Source: an uncultured Thermoplasmatales archaeon
GTDB lineage: Archaea; Thermoplasmatota; E2; DHVEG-1
Direction: 5' to 3'
Assembly (NCBI GenBank): GCA_964615235.1
Contig: CAZTMK010000015.1
Coordinates: forward strand, 31,439-55,438
DNA: 24,000 nucleotides
Positions within the stretch are counted from its first letter, which is position 1, and each line of letters opens with the position of its first letter. Both the position numbers and the translations under genes were made by a program. The notes beneath the pieces are model-generated. The model was not told the DNA's origin and made no database searches. It worked only from the letters and a program-made list of their open reading frames with translations. Shown here in pieces: positions 1-8,008 of the stretch.

Positions 1-429
1 TGCTGGAGATGAACGATTTAATGATACTGTTAAAATCGCAACCTGTGGTTTATCCGGTTTTTTAGTATTAAGTGGTTGATATACGATATCTGGTGTAATT
101 TCACAATTGCAATAATCTGGTGCCTCAATTGATAGTTTTATGGGAACGATTTTGTTTTTCAATAGAGGGATGATTACTCCAGAACCAAAACCTGCGACGT
201 AATGATAGATATAGATTGGTATTTTTACGATTTCTTTTTCCGGTTCGATTGTGTCTGGGATGAATTCGGAATCATAATCTATATCAATAACCCTATTGAA
301 AAATGGCTTTAATAACGTTGTTTTATACTCAACTGTAGAATCGTTGTTTTTTGAAGCGATGGATGGGGTTAAACTGGCGATAATTAAAATTGAAGAAATT
401 ATGAAAATATAACCACATCTGAATTTCAT
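1..429 (-). CDS. hypothetical secreted protein, N-terminal part only (gene runs off the left edge)
   Basis: Hand translation of the reverse strand from ATG (rc of 427-429) stays open to position 1: 143 codons, MKFRCGYIFIISSILIIASLTPSIASKNNDSTVEYK... The N-terminus is hydrophobic and signal-peptide-like. GGAGGA (rc of 436-441) lies 6 nt upstream. It is absent from the ORF track because there is no stop inside the window. No family recognised. Confidence 0.6.
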   Translation of the reverse strand, partial: MKFRCGYIFIISSILIIASLTPSIASKNNDSTVEYKTTLLKPFFNRVIDIDYDSEFIPDTIEPEKEIVKIPIYIYHYVAGFGSGVIIPLLKNKIVPIKLSIEAPDYCNCEITPDIVYQPLNTKKPDKPQVAILTVSLNRSSPA

Positions 430-752
430 AAATTTTCCTCCTTTTTTAAATATAATAATAGTACATGTATAAAATTTTATCGAATTACATTTTTAATTTA
501 ATGGGATTGTTATTTCATTAAAACCTAAATCTTCAGGAGAATGGATCGCTGAATGTCTGCTGATTGTTGAAAACGAGATTGAAATTTCTGTTTTGTTGGA
601 ATATATTGACCTAGTTACAAGGATGGCAACTCCTTTGCAATGTGAATAATTGTTCAATTACCTAAATAAAAATTGAAAAAATCCTATTTTGAACCATATT
701 ATTTCAATAATATTAATATATACTAATTTTATTAATTATATTGGAGGAAAAT

Positions 753-1151
753 ATGAAAAAAAGAATATTAGCACTTGCTTTTATCTCGATTATGGTTCTT
801 GCAACATTATCTAATACTGTTTTTGCGAAAGAGTCTGAGGAATCTTTTAAGGAAAATATTTTACTTGAAAAAATAAATGATATGAGCATTTTTAAAAATA
901 TAAATTTCAATTTTTTTGAACTATTAAACGAAATATTGGAATGGATCTTATTAGGATTAGGTTTTTTATACTTTTTACCATATATATTTGCTAAAATACT
1001 TGATTATCTTTTCCCTGAAGTAATCAACGAAGGCTTATTTGAAATTATAGATATTATTACACGAGTATTATCTTACACTACACTTCTTATTTTTAATGTT
1101 TTATGGAAAATAATAGACTTCTTTGACACCATTATACCATTAAATAGATGA
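753..1151 (+). CDS. small membrane/secreted hypothetical protein
   Basis: The ORF track starts at TTG 741. ATG at 753 (MKKRILALAFISIMVLATLSNTVFA...) is preceded by GGAGGA at 743-748, so 753 is the likelier start. Signal-peptide-like N-terminus plus at least one clear hydrophobic helix (ILEWILLGLGFLYFLPYIFAKIL). No family recognised. Confidence 0.6.
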   Translation: MKKRILALAFISIMVLATLSNTVFAKESEESFKENILLEKINDMSIFKNINFNFFELLNEILEWILLGLGFLYFLPYIFAKILDYLFPEVINEGLFEIIDIITRVLSYTTLLIFNVLWKIIDFFDTIIPLNR

Positions 1152-1272
1152 GTAAAAGTATGAAAAATGAAAAATAGCAAATTAATCTATTTAAATTTAG
1201 ATAAAAAGCAATCTTTTCATTTTTTAACAAAAAAACCTTATTTATTAATCTTGATTTCAATTTAATGATAAT

Positions 1273-2346
1273 ATGGATAATGACATAAAGAAGTTAATAA
1301 AGGAATTAGCAGAAATTTATGATAAAGACAGTCTTGATACTTTCATTTCTGTATATTTTAATAAAAACATAGATGATTCATTTTTGGAAAAAAGAACAGG
1401 TGTTTGCACATCTCTTCTAAAAGGGGAAGAAAAAGAAAATTTTATAAAAACAATTGACGAAATCACCGAATTTCTTAAAACAAATAAAAATAATAATATT
1501 GCAATTTTTGCGTCATCTAAATATAATTACTTTAGATTCATTCCACTTTCAATTGAGATAAATAATTCTTTAATTGTTGATTCCTCACCATATATACGTC
1601 CTCTTGCAAGAATTCTTGATGAATGGAAATCATTTACTTTGGTACTTCTAAATTCAAATCAAGCAAAAATCTTCTCTGTTTCTCTTGGACAGGCAAGACA
1701 GCAAGAAAAACTTTCAAAGGATATCATTAACAAACATAAAAAGGGAGGATGGTCACAGGCACGTTTTCAGAGAATTCGAAAGGGCGCAATCCATGATTTC
1801 TTTTTAGAAGTTAAAGATCATCTTGAAAAAATTGCTGATGAACAGATTGTTTTAGCTGGACCAGGGACTGCAAAAATACATTTTAAAAACTTACTTTCAA
1901 AAAATCTTGGTAAACGAATTATCGATACAATTGATATTGATATTGATGACGAGCAAAATTTATTGAAAGAATCTATTGAGGTAATGTCAAAACTTGAGGA
2001 TGTACAAAGTCATGAAGCAGTAAAACGCCTCAAGGAGGAAATTCTTATGGATGGTCTAGGAGTATATGGTTTGGATGATACGTTAAATGCCGTAAAAAAT
2101 GGACAAGTCGATTTACTGATAATTCAAAAAGATTATAAAATCAAGGGTTGCATCTGCGAACACTGTCAGATTTTGAAATCAGGTCCGATTAAGGACTGTC
2201 CAATCTGTGGAGGACCTGTTTCTGAGGCAGATGTAATTGAAGAAATTATTGAATTTGCTGAAAGAACTGATGCTAAAATTGAATTTACAGATGATGAAGA
2301 AATTTCAAAACTTGGACATATTGGAGGAATACTCAGATACAAATAA
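1273..2346 (+). CDS. eRF1/aRF1-fold release-factor paralog (Vms1-like/baeRF-like), GGQ replaced by GGWSQ, Zn-ribbon insert in C-domain
   Basis: Residues ~120-357 read like eRF1 middle and C domains: FTLVLLNSNQAKIF, KHKKGGWSQARFQRIRKG, VLAGPGTAKIHF, VYGLDDTLNAVKNGQVDLLII. The loop GGWSQ is at nt 1744-1758. CxCxxC...CxxC is at nt 2149-2208. The N-terminal ~120 aa do not resemble the NIKS codon-recognition domain. Confidence 0.85.
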   Translation: MDNDIKKLIKELAEIYDKDSLDTFISVYFNKNIDDSFLEKRTGVCTSLLKGEEKENFIKTIDEITEFLKTNKNNNIAIFASSKYNYFRFIPLSIEINNSLIVDSSPYIRPLARILDEWKSFTLVLLNSNQAKIFSVSLGQARQQEKLSKDIINKHKKGGWSQARFQRIRKGAIHDFFLEVKDHLEKIADEQIVLAGPGTAKIHFKNLLSKNLGKRIIDTIDIDIDDEQNLLKESIEVMSKLEDVQSHEAVKRLKEEILMDGLGVYGLDDTLNAVKNGQVDLLIIQKDYKIKGCICEHCQILKSGPIKDCPICGGPVSEADVIEEIIEFAERTDAKIEFTDDEEISKLGHIGGILRYK

Positions 2347-2562
2347 AGTTTTTACCTTTATTGTATTTATGGCAAATTGCAACGCAATTTAAGGAGAAAC
2401 ATGATTTAAAATGTGCCTTTATATAAATAGGAAAAAACAAATTTTGAAGAAAATCTTAGTTTATACAAACAAGGTAAATAGCCTCTGTATCAAAACGACA
2501 CAATAAGAATAAAATATCTAAACTTATTAGATCAAAAAATTAAAGTAGACAAGAAAATGAAT

Positions 2563-3000
2563 CTATAAATAATCAAATTTCTTTGTGCTGTAAAATGCAT
2601 CCTTTGCATTCATCTGGCTAACCAACTGATTAAATTCGGTTTTAATTTCATCTACAATTTTTTTTGATAAAAACTTATCTGTTTTTAATTTTAAACAGGG
2701 CAAATCTTCAACATTTCCTTGCAATCTGCAAACAATAGGGCGAACAGGATAAATCAAGCACCCATCATTTTTCAGATATGGACATCTCATTTTATTGCTT
2801 TTAAATTCATCAATTGACCAAACAATATAATCCAAATTGTTCTGCTCTAGGTATTCCCTAATAATGATTTCTTCTGGTTTAAACCAAACAATAGGTCCAC
2901 AGCAACTGTGGCAGTGAAGACAGGGAAAATTGTCAGGTATCTTTGCATAAATTTTGTTTAGTCTTTCTTTTATTTCATTGTCTCTTAACATCGATTCCAT
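2563..3000 (-). CDS. YkgJ-family cysteine-cluster (CxxCxxCC) protein
   Basis: 145-aa ORF with FPCLHCHSCCGP (CxxCxxCC) and a second cluster MRCPYLKNDGCLIYPVRPIVCR. This is the typical UPF0153/YkgJ zinc/iron-chelating domain pattern. Confidence 0.8.
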   Translation of the reverse strand: MESMLRDNEIKERLNKIYAKIPDNFPCLHCHSCCGPIVWFKPEEIIIREYLEQNNLDYIVWSIDEFKSNKMRCPYLKNDGCLIYPVRPIVCRLQGNVEDLPCLKLKTDKFLSKKIVDEIKTEFNQLVSQMNAKDAFYSTKKFDYL

Positions 3001-3114
3001 CAGGAAATATCAAATTACTTTATTATTCTAATTATGTACATAATATCCACATATATAACCACAACTACTTTAAAATAAAACCATATTCTACTTTGTCTTT
3101 CAGGGGAGAAAAAA

Positions 3115-3399
3115 ATGTTATCGAAAATACCAATAAACCTTGAAAAAATTAGGCCAGAAGACATTGACAAGGAAATTTTAAGAGCCGCCTTAATTGCGGA
3201 ATTAGATGCAATTAATCTTTACGAAGAGATGGCAGCATTGGCCAAAAACAAAAATATAAAAACAGTTTTACTTGATGTGGCTAAAGAAGAAAAAGAGCAT
3301 GTAGGCGAGTTTCAGACACTTTTATTAATTCATGATAAAGAACAAGTCGAGGAATTAAAAAGTGGGAAAGAAGAAGTTGAAGAACTAATTGGAAAATAA
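3115..3399 (+). CDS. EncFtn-like / rubrerythrin-like mini-ferritin
   Basis: 94-aa ORF. AELDAINLYEEM ... AKEEKEHVGEF matches the two-helix di-iron ligand pattern (E...Y, ExxH) of encapsulated-ferritin-type proteins. A GGGGAG SD-like element lies upstream. Confidence 0.75.
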   Translation: MLSKIPINLEKIRPEDIDKEILRAALIAELDAINLYEEMAALAKNKNIKTVLLDVAKEEKEHVGEFQTLLLIHDKEQVEELKSGKEEVEELIGK

Positions 3400-3401
3400 A
3401 A

Positions 3402-3548
3402 ATGTGGGGAAAAAGCATGGAAAAATGTTATATATGTTGCTGTTGCGGTGAAGAGCACGATTTGGACGAAGTCCATGATGTTGAGATAAAGGGAGAAAAT
3501 AAAAAGATCTGTCAAGAATGTGTAACGGCTGTTAAAGGTCTTATCTGA
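3402..3548 (+). CDS. small Cys-rich zinc-ribbon-like protein (48 aa, below ORF-track cutoff)
   Basis: Hand translation gives MWGKSMEKCYICCCCGEEHDLDEVHDVEIKGENKKICQECVTAVKGLI*. It has CxxC(CCC) ... CxxC spacing. The ATG is 2 nt after the stop of the ferritin-like gene on the same strand. An alternative start is Met6 at 3417. The competing antisense ORF 3330-3515 is low-complexity. Confidence 0.45.
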   Translation: MWGKSMEKCYICCCCGEEHDLDEVHDVEIKGENKKICQECVTAVKGLI

Positions 3549-3563
3549 ATTTTTTAAAAAACC

Positions 3564-4559
3564 TTAAGATACAATGACAGGTATTTCTAAAATGCCTGCA
3601 AATATCGTCAATATAGCAAAACCCAGTGCAAAGAAAATATACTCTACGTACATAATAGACCAAGCATGAATATTTTCAAGGGTCTTACTTTCTTCACCTT
3701 TGAGCATTAAGTAGCATACAAAGCAAGAAACAAACGTCATAAGTGTTAACGGCCAAAGGTAATAGGCAAGTAGCCCCATATCAATGAAAACTGGAATAAA
3801 TGCAAACGGGAAAAACATAAAAGGAAATGCGATTAAAGCCGATTTTTTAACCCCATAAGTGTTTACCAAGGTTTTCGTACCTGTCATTTGATCGGCTTTT
3901 ATATCAACTATGTCTTTTGTGGTCATTCCACCAATAAAATACACCATGGCAATAAATCCGATGGTTAATGGTAGTGGGTGAAAGGGATTGCCAAAAACAC
4001 TCCAAGATGCCAAAATTCCAAGAAGACCACGAGGAATTGCTATCCAAATCTGATTAATAAACAAATATTTCTTTATTCTAGGTGGAAGCGAATAGGTTAC
4101 GGTAAATAACATTATAAGAAAGACAAACGCTCCAAAATATGCATTAATTGTTACAGCTCTAATTAAAGCAAAAAGGTAGAATATATATGCCAGGCTCTGG
4201 GCCTCTTCAGGTCTGATAATGCCTCTGGGAATCGGTCTATAGGGTTTTGATATCTTGTCGGATTCGTAATCAGTGGCTTGATTTAGGGAATTAGATGCAG
4301 CGTTTACTAATGCCAAGGTTAGGCTTGCGTTTCCTGTGGTAACCCACCAGTCGCTCGGTATATTTGTTTTGCTGAAAACCAATCCTGCAACAACAATTGA
4401 CATTGATACAATAAAAGGGGCAGCAAGGGTAAATGGCCGAAGAAGATCAATATATCCTCTAATATGTTTTGAAAGTAACCGTGTTTTGGCATACGGTTCT
4501 TTCATTGTGAGCTTACCAAAATCTAAATGTTTACCTTTTTTTGCTTTGGCAGTCATCAT
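3564..4559 (-). CDS. UbiA-family prenyltransferase (paralog 1; ChlG/homogentisate-prenyltransferase-like first motif)
   Basis: 331-aa polytopic membrane ORF. First Asp-rich motif is LNQATDYESDKISKPYRPIPRG. Second motif is KDIVDIKADQMTGTKTL. Confidence 0.9.
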   Translation of the reverse strand: MMTAKAKKGKHLDFGKLTMKEPYAKTRLLSKHIRGYIDLLRPFTLAAPFIVSMSIVVAGLVFSKTNIPSDWWVTTGNASLTLALVNAASNSLNQATDYESDKISKPYRPIPRGIIRPEEAQSLAYIFYLFALIRAVTINAYFGAFVFLIMLFTVTYSLPPRIKKYLFINQIWIAIPRGLLGILASWSVFGNPFHPLPLTIGFIAMVYFIGGMTTKDIVDIKADQMTGTKTLVNTYGVKKSALIAFPFMFFPFAFIPVFIDMGLLAYYLWPLTLMTFVSCFVCYLMLKGEESKTLENIHAWSIMYVEYIFFALGFAILTIFAGILEIPVIVS

Positions 4560-4839
4560 CTCCTAATATCTGATAAACCATTATATGCTTTTTCCAAATC
4601 ACAAGAATTCTTTATTCTTGGTTAATTTTCCTGAAGCTTTGCAAAGTAAATCATTTAAAATTAGAACGGAAAGAAGATTTTTCCGGTTAACACTATAATA
4701 TCAAGGCTAATTTGTTCAATAAACTATTTTTTTTTAGAAAAAATATTATTTTGAACATACTTTTTGCGATAAAGCTTTTATAATATAATGAAATTTATTT
4801 ATTTGGAGGAATTGCTAAAAGATAATTGGAGGCAAAAAT

Positions 4840-5295
4840 ATGAAAAGAAAAATTATTGGTTTTTTAGTTTGTATGCTATTTTTAATGCAGATTATTCCAA
4901 TATCCATGGGATTAGCCAATGATGTAGAAAATACCTTAAATGAATCTGAGCCAGAATTTGAAGTTGGACTTTATCCTGGCGTTTATTCAGGCGTTTTTAA
5001 TAATTTTTTACCCTTTGGTAGTCTGCGGATATCGGTAAAAAATATTGGTGATGAAACTGCTCATAATGTAACGCTTATCAATTTAAGTATTGATGAAAAT
5101 GTGCTATACAACAGTCGTGTTACAGAATGGAAAAAAGACATCGAACCAGGTCAGACAATAAAACAAAATCCTTCTGGTATGTTTGTTGGTTTTGGAAGAT
5201 TCAATGCCACAATGACTGTCACATGTGATGAAGGGGTAATTGGTACAGGAAGTAGTAGTGGATTTATCTTTGGTATTGTAATATTTGTTCCTTAA
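4840..5295 (+). CDS. small secreted protein with CARDB-like beta-sandwich
   Basis: 151 aa. GGAGG lies upstream. Signal peptide MKRKIIGFLVCMLFLMQIIPISMG. The SVKNIGDETAHNVTL strand pattern is typical of CARDB-type domains. The C-terminus GFGRFNATMTVT...GFIFGIVIFVP resembles the C-terminus of the 1232-aa protein. Confidence 0.7.
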   Translation: MKRKIIGFLVCMLFLMQIIPISMGLANDVENTLNESEPEFEVGLYPGVYSGVFNNFLPFGSLRISVKNIGDETAHNVTLINLSIDENVLYNSRVTEWKKDIEPGQTIKQNPSGMFVGFGRFNATMTVTCDEGVIGTGSSSGFIFGIVIFVP

Positions 5296-6683
5296 AACTG
5301 GAGAATATCGTTCAGTTTACGGGCAGAATTAAGGGCACAATTGAATCCTATCCCCATTGCTTTTACGGAATCGCCTATTAAAAACAAATTTTCAACTGGA
5401 GTCTTTATTTCAGGTTTTTCGTTATCAATTGTCTTTGCTACCCCATCAAGATGCCATATACTGGGATAAATTGCCCAGTTAAGATGTGAATGATAATCCG
5501 GAATTAAAATTTCTAGATTTTTGTCCATTAAGCCTTTAAGTTTTTCTAAAGTTGTGCTGTTTCTGGCTTCATCCGGTGTACAGATTATGTATGATTGGAT
5601 TAGATGACTGTTTTGGGGACAAACATGTGCTTTTTTACTGGCAGTCATAAAATCTATCATGCCAACTGCATCTTTTCCATCAACGCCAATATTTCTTTCT
5701 ATAAAATGAAAAGTTTTTCCAATCAGTTCATCAGGACAGCTTGATAGAGAATAATATGCGCATAAACTACCTGTACCCTTCAATGATTTTATGTATTTTA
5801 CATATTCTGGGGGAAAATTACTTTCATCTGCAAATTTAAAAAGATCCTGAACCAAGGCATTTGAAACAATTAAATCAAAGTTTATTTCTTCATCGTCAAC
5901 AACTAATCCAGTGGCTTTACCATCCTTTATTATTATTTTTTTGACTGATTTGTTTAATTTGATTTTTCCTCCGCATTTTTTTATTATGATTGCAAGTTTA
6001 TTATGAATATTTGAAAGTCCCTTAATTGGATATCCGCAAGGCTTTGATCCCTTGTACAAGTTACGTTGAGACCTGAACATCTCACCTGTCGAAATTTTAT
6101 CAAGATTATTTACTGTAGTAATCGATCGGGAAAATATCTCAAGAATAAGTGTCATTTTACCCTTACCATATTTTTTTATTGTTTCGGTAATAGAGACACT
6201 ATCAAGCTGCCTTAAAGTATTTTCAGATGCAAATAAAAGCCGAAGGATATTTGGAAGTATCTTTAATTTATCAAATCTTGAAAGAAAAGGAAAATCGTAA
6301 CCATCTTTTTTTACAAGTCCTACGAAGGACTCCATAAAATCGACATGTTCACCAAATTCAGATAATAAAGTATTTACGTTTGATAAAACCCCTCCACCGA
6401 TTGCATGATATCCAAGATCTAACTTGTAACCATCCAACATATGTTTGTTAAAAATCGTATCTAGGTCAGGCTCGGATTTGTATACTTTCATATTAAATCG
6501 AGACAAAACATCTACATAATCCTTTGCAGAAATGCCAGAAAAATTTTCAAAGGTAAAAGCCCTACCACCGATAAATGATTCTTTTTCAAAAATAGTTACA
6601 TCAAATCCCTTTTTAGAAAGTAATGCGCCTGCAGTCAGTCCACCGATTCCGGCTCCGATAATTCCAATCTTTTTTCTTTGCAT
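5292..6683 (-). CDS. CrtI/phytoene-desaturase-family FAD-dependent oxidoreductase
   Basis: 463 aa. The N-terminal dinucleotide fold is KIGIIGAGIGGLTAGALLSKKGFDVTIFEKESFIGGRA. The C-terminal LFLIGDSV motif and the length fit the amine-oxidase/phytoene-desaturase family. Confidence 0.85.
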   Translation of the reverse strand: MQRKKIGIIGAGIGGLTAGALLSKKGFDVTIFEKESFIGGRAFTFENFSGISAKDYVDVLSRFNMKVYKSEPDLDTIFNKHMLDGYKLDLGYHAIGGGVLSNVNTLLSEFGEHVDFMESFVGLVKKDGYDFPFLSRFDKLKILPNILRLLFASENTLRQLDSVSITETIKKYGKGKMTLILEIFSRSITTVNNLDKISTGEMFRSQRNLYKGSKPCGYPIKGLSNIHNKLAIIIKKCGGKIKLNKSVKKIIIKDGKATGLVVDDEEINFDLIVSNALVQDLFKFADESNFPPEYVKYIKSLKGTGSLCAYYSLSSCPDELIGKTFHFIERNIGVDGKDAVGMIDFMTASKKAHVCPQNSHLIQSYIICTPDEARNSTTLEKLKGLMDKNLEILIPDYHSHLNWAIYPSIWHLDGVAKTIDNEKPEIKTPVENLFLIGDSVKAMGIGFNCALNSARKLNDILQF

Positions 6684-6760
6684 TTTACTAAAGGGCTGCG
6701 AATATCTGCTATTTTATAACATTTTCCTAGTCAATCCAATATCGGAATTAATATTGCATA

Positions 6761-8008
6761 TCAAATTCTAAATGCTTGCTTTAAATATCCAATTGCATAT
6801 CGTCTAAAAACCTTCCACTTGTATTGTCGAAGGGGCAATTTTCCTATCATAATTTTTAAAAAAAGATCTGAAAGAACATCATCTTTTGTAGCAACTTTAA
6901 AAATATTTTCATTTGGCCTGTTTCTTTGGTTTTTCGCTAGATTGTAAAAGGCGTAAATATCTTTTCCAAACTCTTTCATCCATAGTTTTTGATATAAGGA
7001 TAACAGATTTGCATCAAAATTTTCGTAGTTTGATGCCTTTTCTATTACAATTGATGCAATTTCTCCAGAAACCATTGCATAATATATGCCCTCCCCACTA
7101 AATGGATTAATAAAACCTGCAGCATCACCAACCAAAATTGTTCTGTTACAATATGTTTGCTTGAGAGGAACAATCGGAAGAGATCCTCCATGATATCGAT
7201 TGATTTCCAATTCCTCTGGAATGATTTTTAATTTCTTCAAAGTTGAAAAGAAATTTTTGTATAAATTTACAAAATTTATTTTGGGCCGATTTTTTGGCCG
7301 ATAGCCGACTTCCCCAATTCCAATATTTAGATGTTTATTTTTTGGAAATACCCAGCCGTATCCATAGATATTTTGAAATCTAGATAATATGCTTACAAAA
7401 CGCTCTCTACCAGCAATTTCATCTATTGTTTTTTCATCAACTTCATACTCGTTGTATATACAAATTCCTGTCCCTTCGCCACTCTTTCTTAGTCCTGTTT
7501 TTTCTGCTATTTTACTGAAAACTCCATCTGCGCCAATTACAATATCACAAGAAATTGATGTGCCGTCATTCAAAAAAACCAATGCTTTGTCATTTGTAAT
7601 TTCTACATTTACCACGGCTTTTCCGTCAGCAAAATCTACGCCTTTTTCAACTGCCAGATCCACAAGATTTTTGTCAAATTTTTTTCTCAGGGTCATTGCT
7701 AAAATTGGCTCGTGATCCCTTACTACAATTTTGTGATTTAGAGAAGAGGAATAAGCATAACCTCCATAAGAATATGAATCAACAAAATTTTCGTTGTCAA
7801 TATAGGGGTAGCGAGTTAAGATTTGGTAAGGTAAACCGCCACCACAAGGTTTGTCACGAGGAAATTTTTCTTTATCTATAAGATTAACTTTGAATCCTTT
7901 CTCGGAAAGAAATTTCGCAGCTGTTGAGCCTGCAGGCCCTGCGCCTACAATACAAACATCTGTTTTTTTTGCCATATTACATTCGTGGTTTGAAGAGTTT
8001 TTCTCCAA
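6761..8008 (-). CDS. geranylgeranyl reductase family flavoprotein
   Basis: Motifs DVCIVGAGPAGSTAAKFLSEKGFKV, KPCGGGL, LRKKFD and GDAAGFINPFSGEGIYYAM. The longest frame starts at 8008 and overlaps the upstream UbiA gene by 32 nt. An alternative ATG at 7975 (MAKKTDVCIVG...) sits 1 nt after that gene's stop. Confidence 0.9.
   Translation of the reverse strand: MEKNSSNHECNMAKKTDVCIVGAGPAGSTAAKFLSEKGFKVNLIDKEKFPRDKPCGGGLPYQILTRYPYIDNENFVDSYSYGGYAYSSSLNHKIVVRDHEPILAMTLRKKFDKNLVDLAVEKGVDFADGKAVVNVEITNDKALVFLNDGTSISCDIVIGADGVFSKIAEKTGLRKSGEGTGICIYNEYEVDEKTIDEIAGRERFVSILSRFQNIYGYGWVFPKNKHLNIGIGEVGYRPKNRPKINFVNLYKNFFSTLKKLKIIPEELEINRYHGGSLPIVPLKQTYCNRTILVGDAAGFINPFSGEGIYYAMVSGEIASIVIEKASNYENFDANLLSLYQKLWMKEFGKDIYAFYNLAKNQRNRPNENIFKVATKDDVLSDLFLKIMIGKLPLRQYKWKVFRRYAIGYLKQAFRI

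Noticed and set aside
741-752. TTG start at 741 given by the ORF track
   Set aside because: The TTG overlaps the GGAGGA Shine-Dalgarno (743-748) that is correctly spaced for the ATG at 753. The ATG start also gives a cleaner signal peptide.
2374-2390. Perfect 7-bp stem AAATTGC-aac-GCAATTT after the eRF1-like gene as an intrinsic terminator
   Set aside because: The stem is AT-rich and weak, and it is not followed by a T-run (the next bases are AAGGAGAAAC). I cannot distinguish it from chance, so it is left uncalled.
2411-2506. 31-aa ORF (MCLYINRKKQILKKILVYTNKVNSLCIKTTQ) downstream of an AAGGAG element
   Set aside because: It has no motif and a composition typical of random AT-rich translation. 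The first ATG after the SD-like element (2401) stops after two codons. Evidence is insufficient.
3115-3399. Encapsulin nanocompartment operon
   Set aside because: Only the ferritin-like cargo-type protein is present. There is no HK97-fold shell gene adjacent and no recognisable targeting tail, so a compartment system cannot be claimed from this window.
5292-5295. Overlapping convergent stop codons (TTAA shared by 4840-5295 and 5292-6683), and the 2-nt gap between the convergent genes at 12397/12400
   Set aside because: These are real but simply reflect compact genome packing. No regulatory meaning can be supported.
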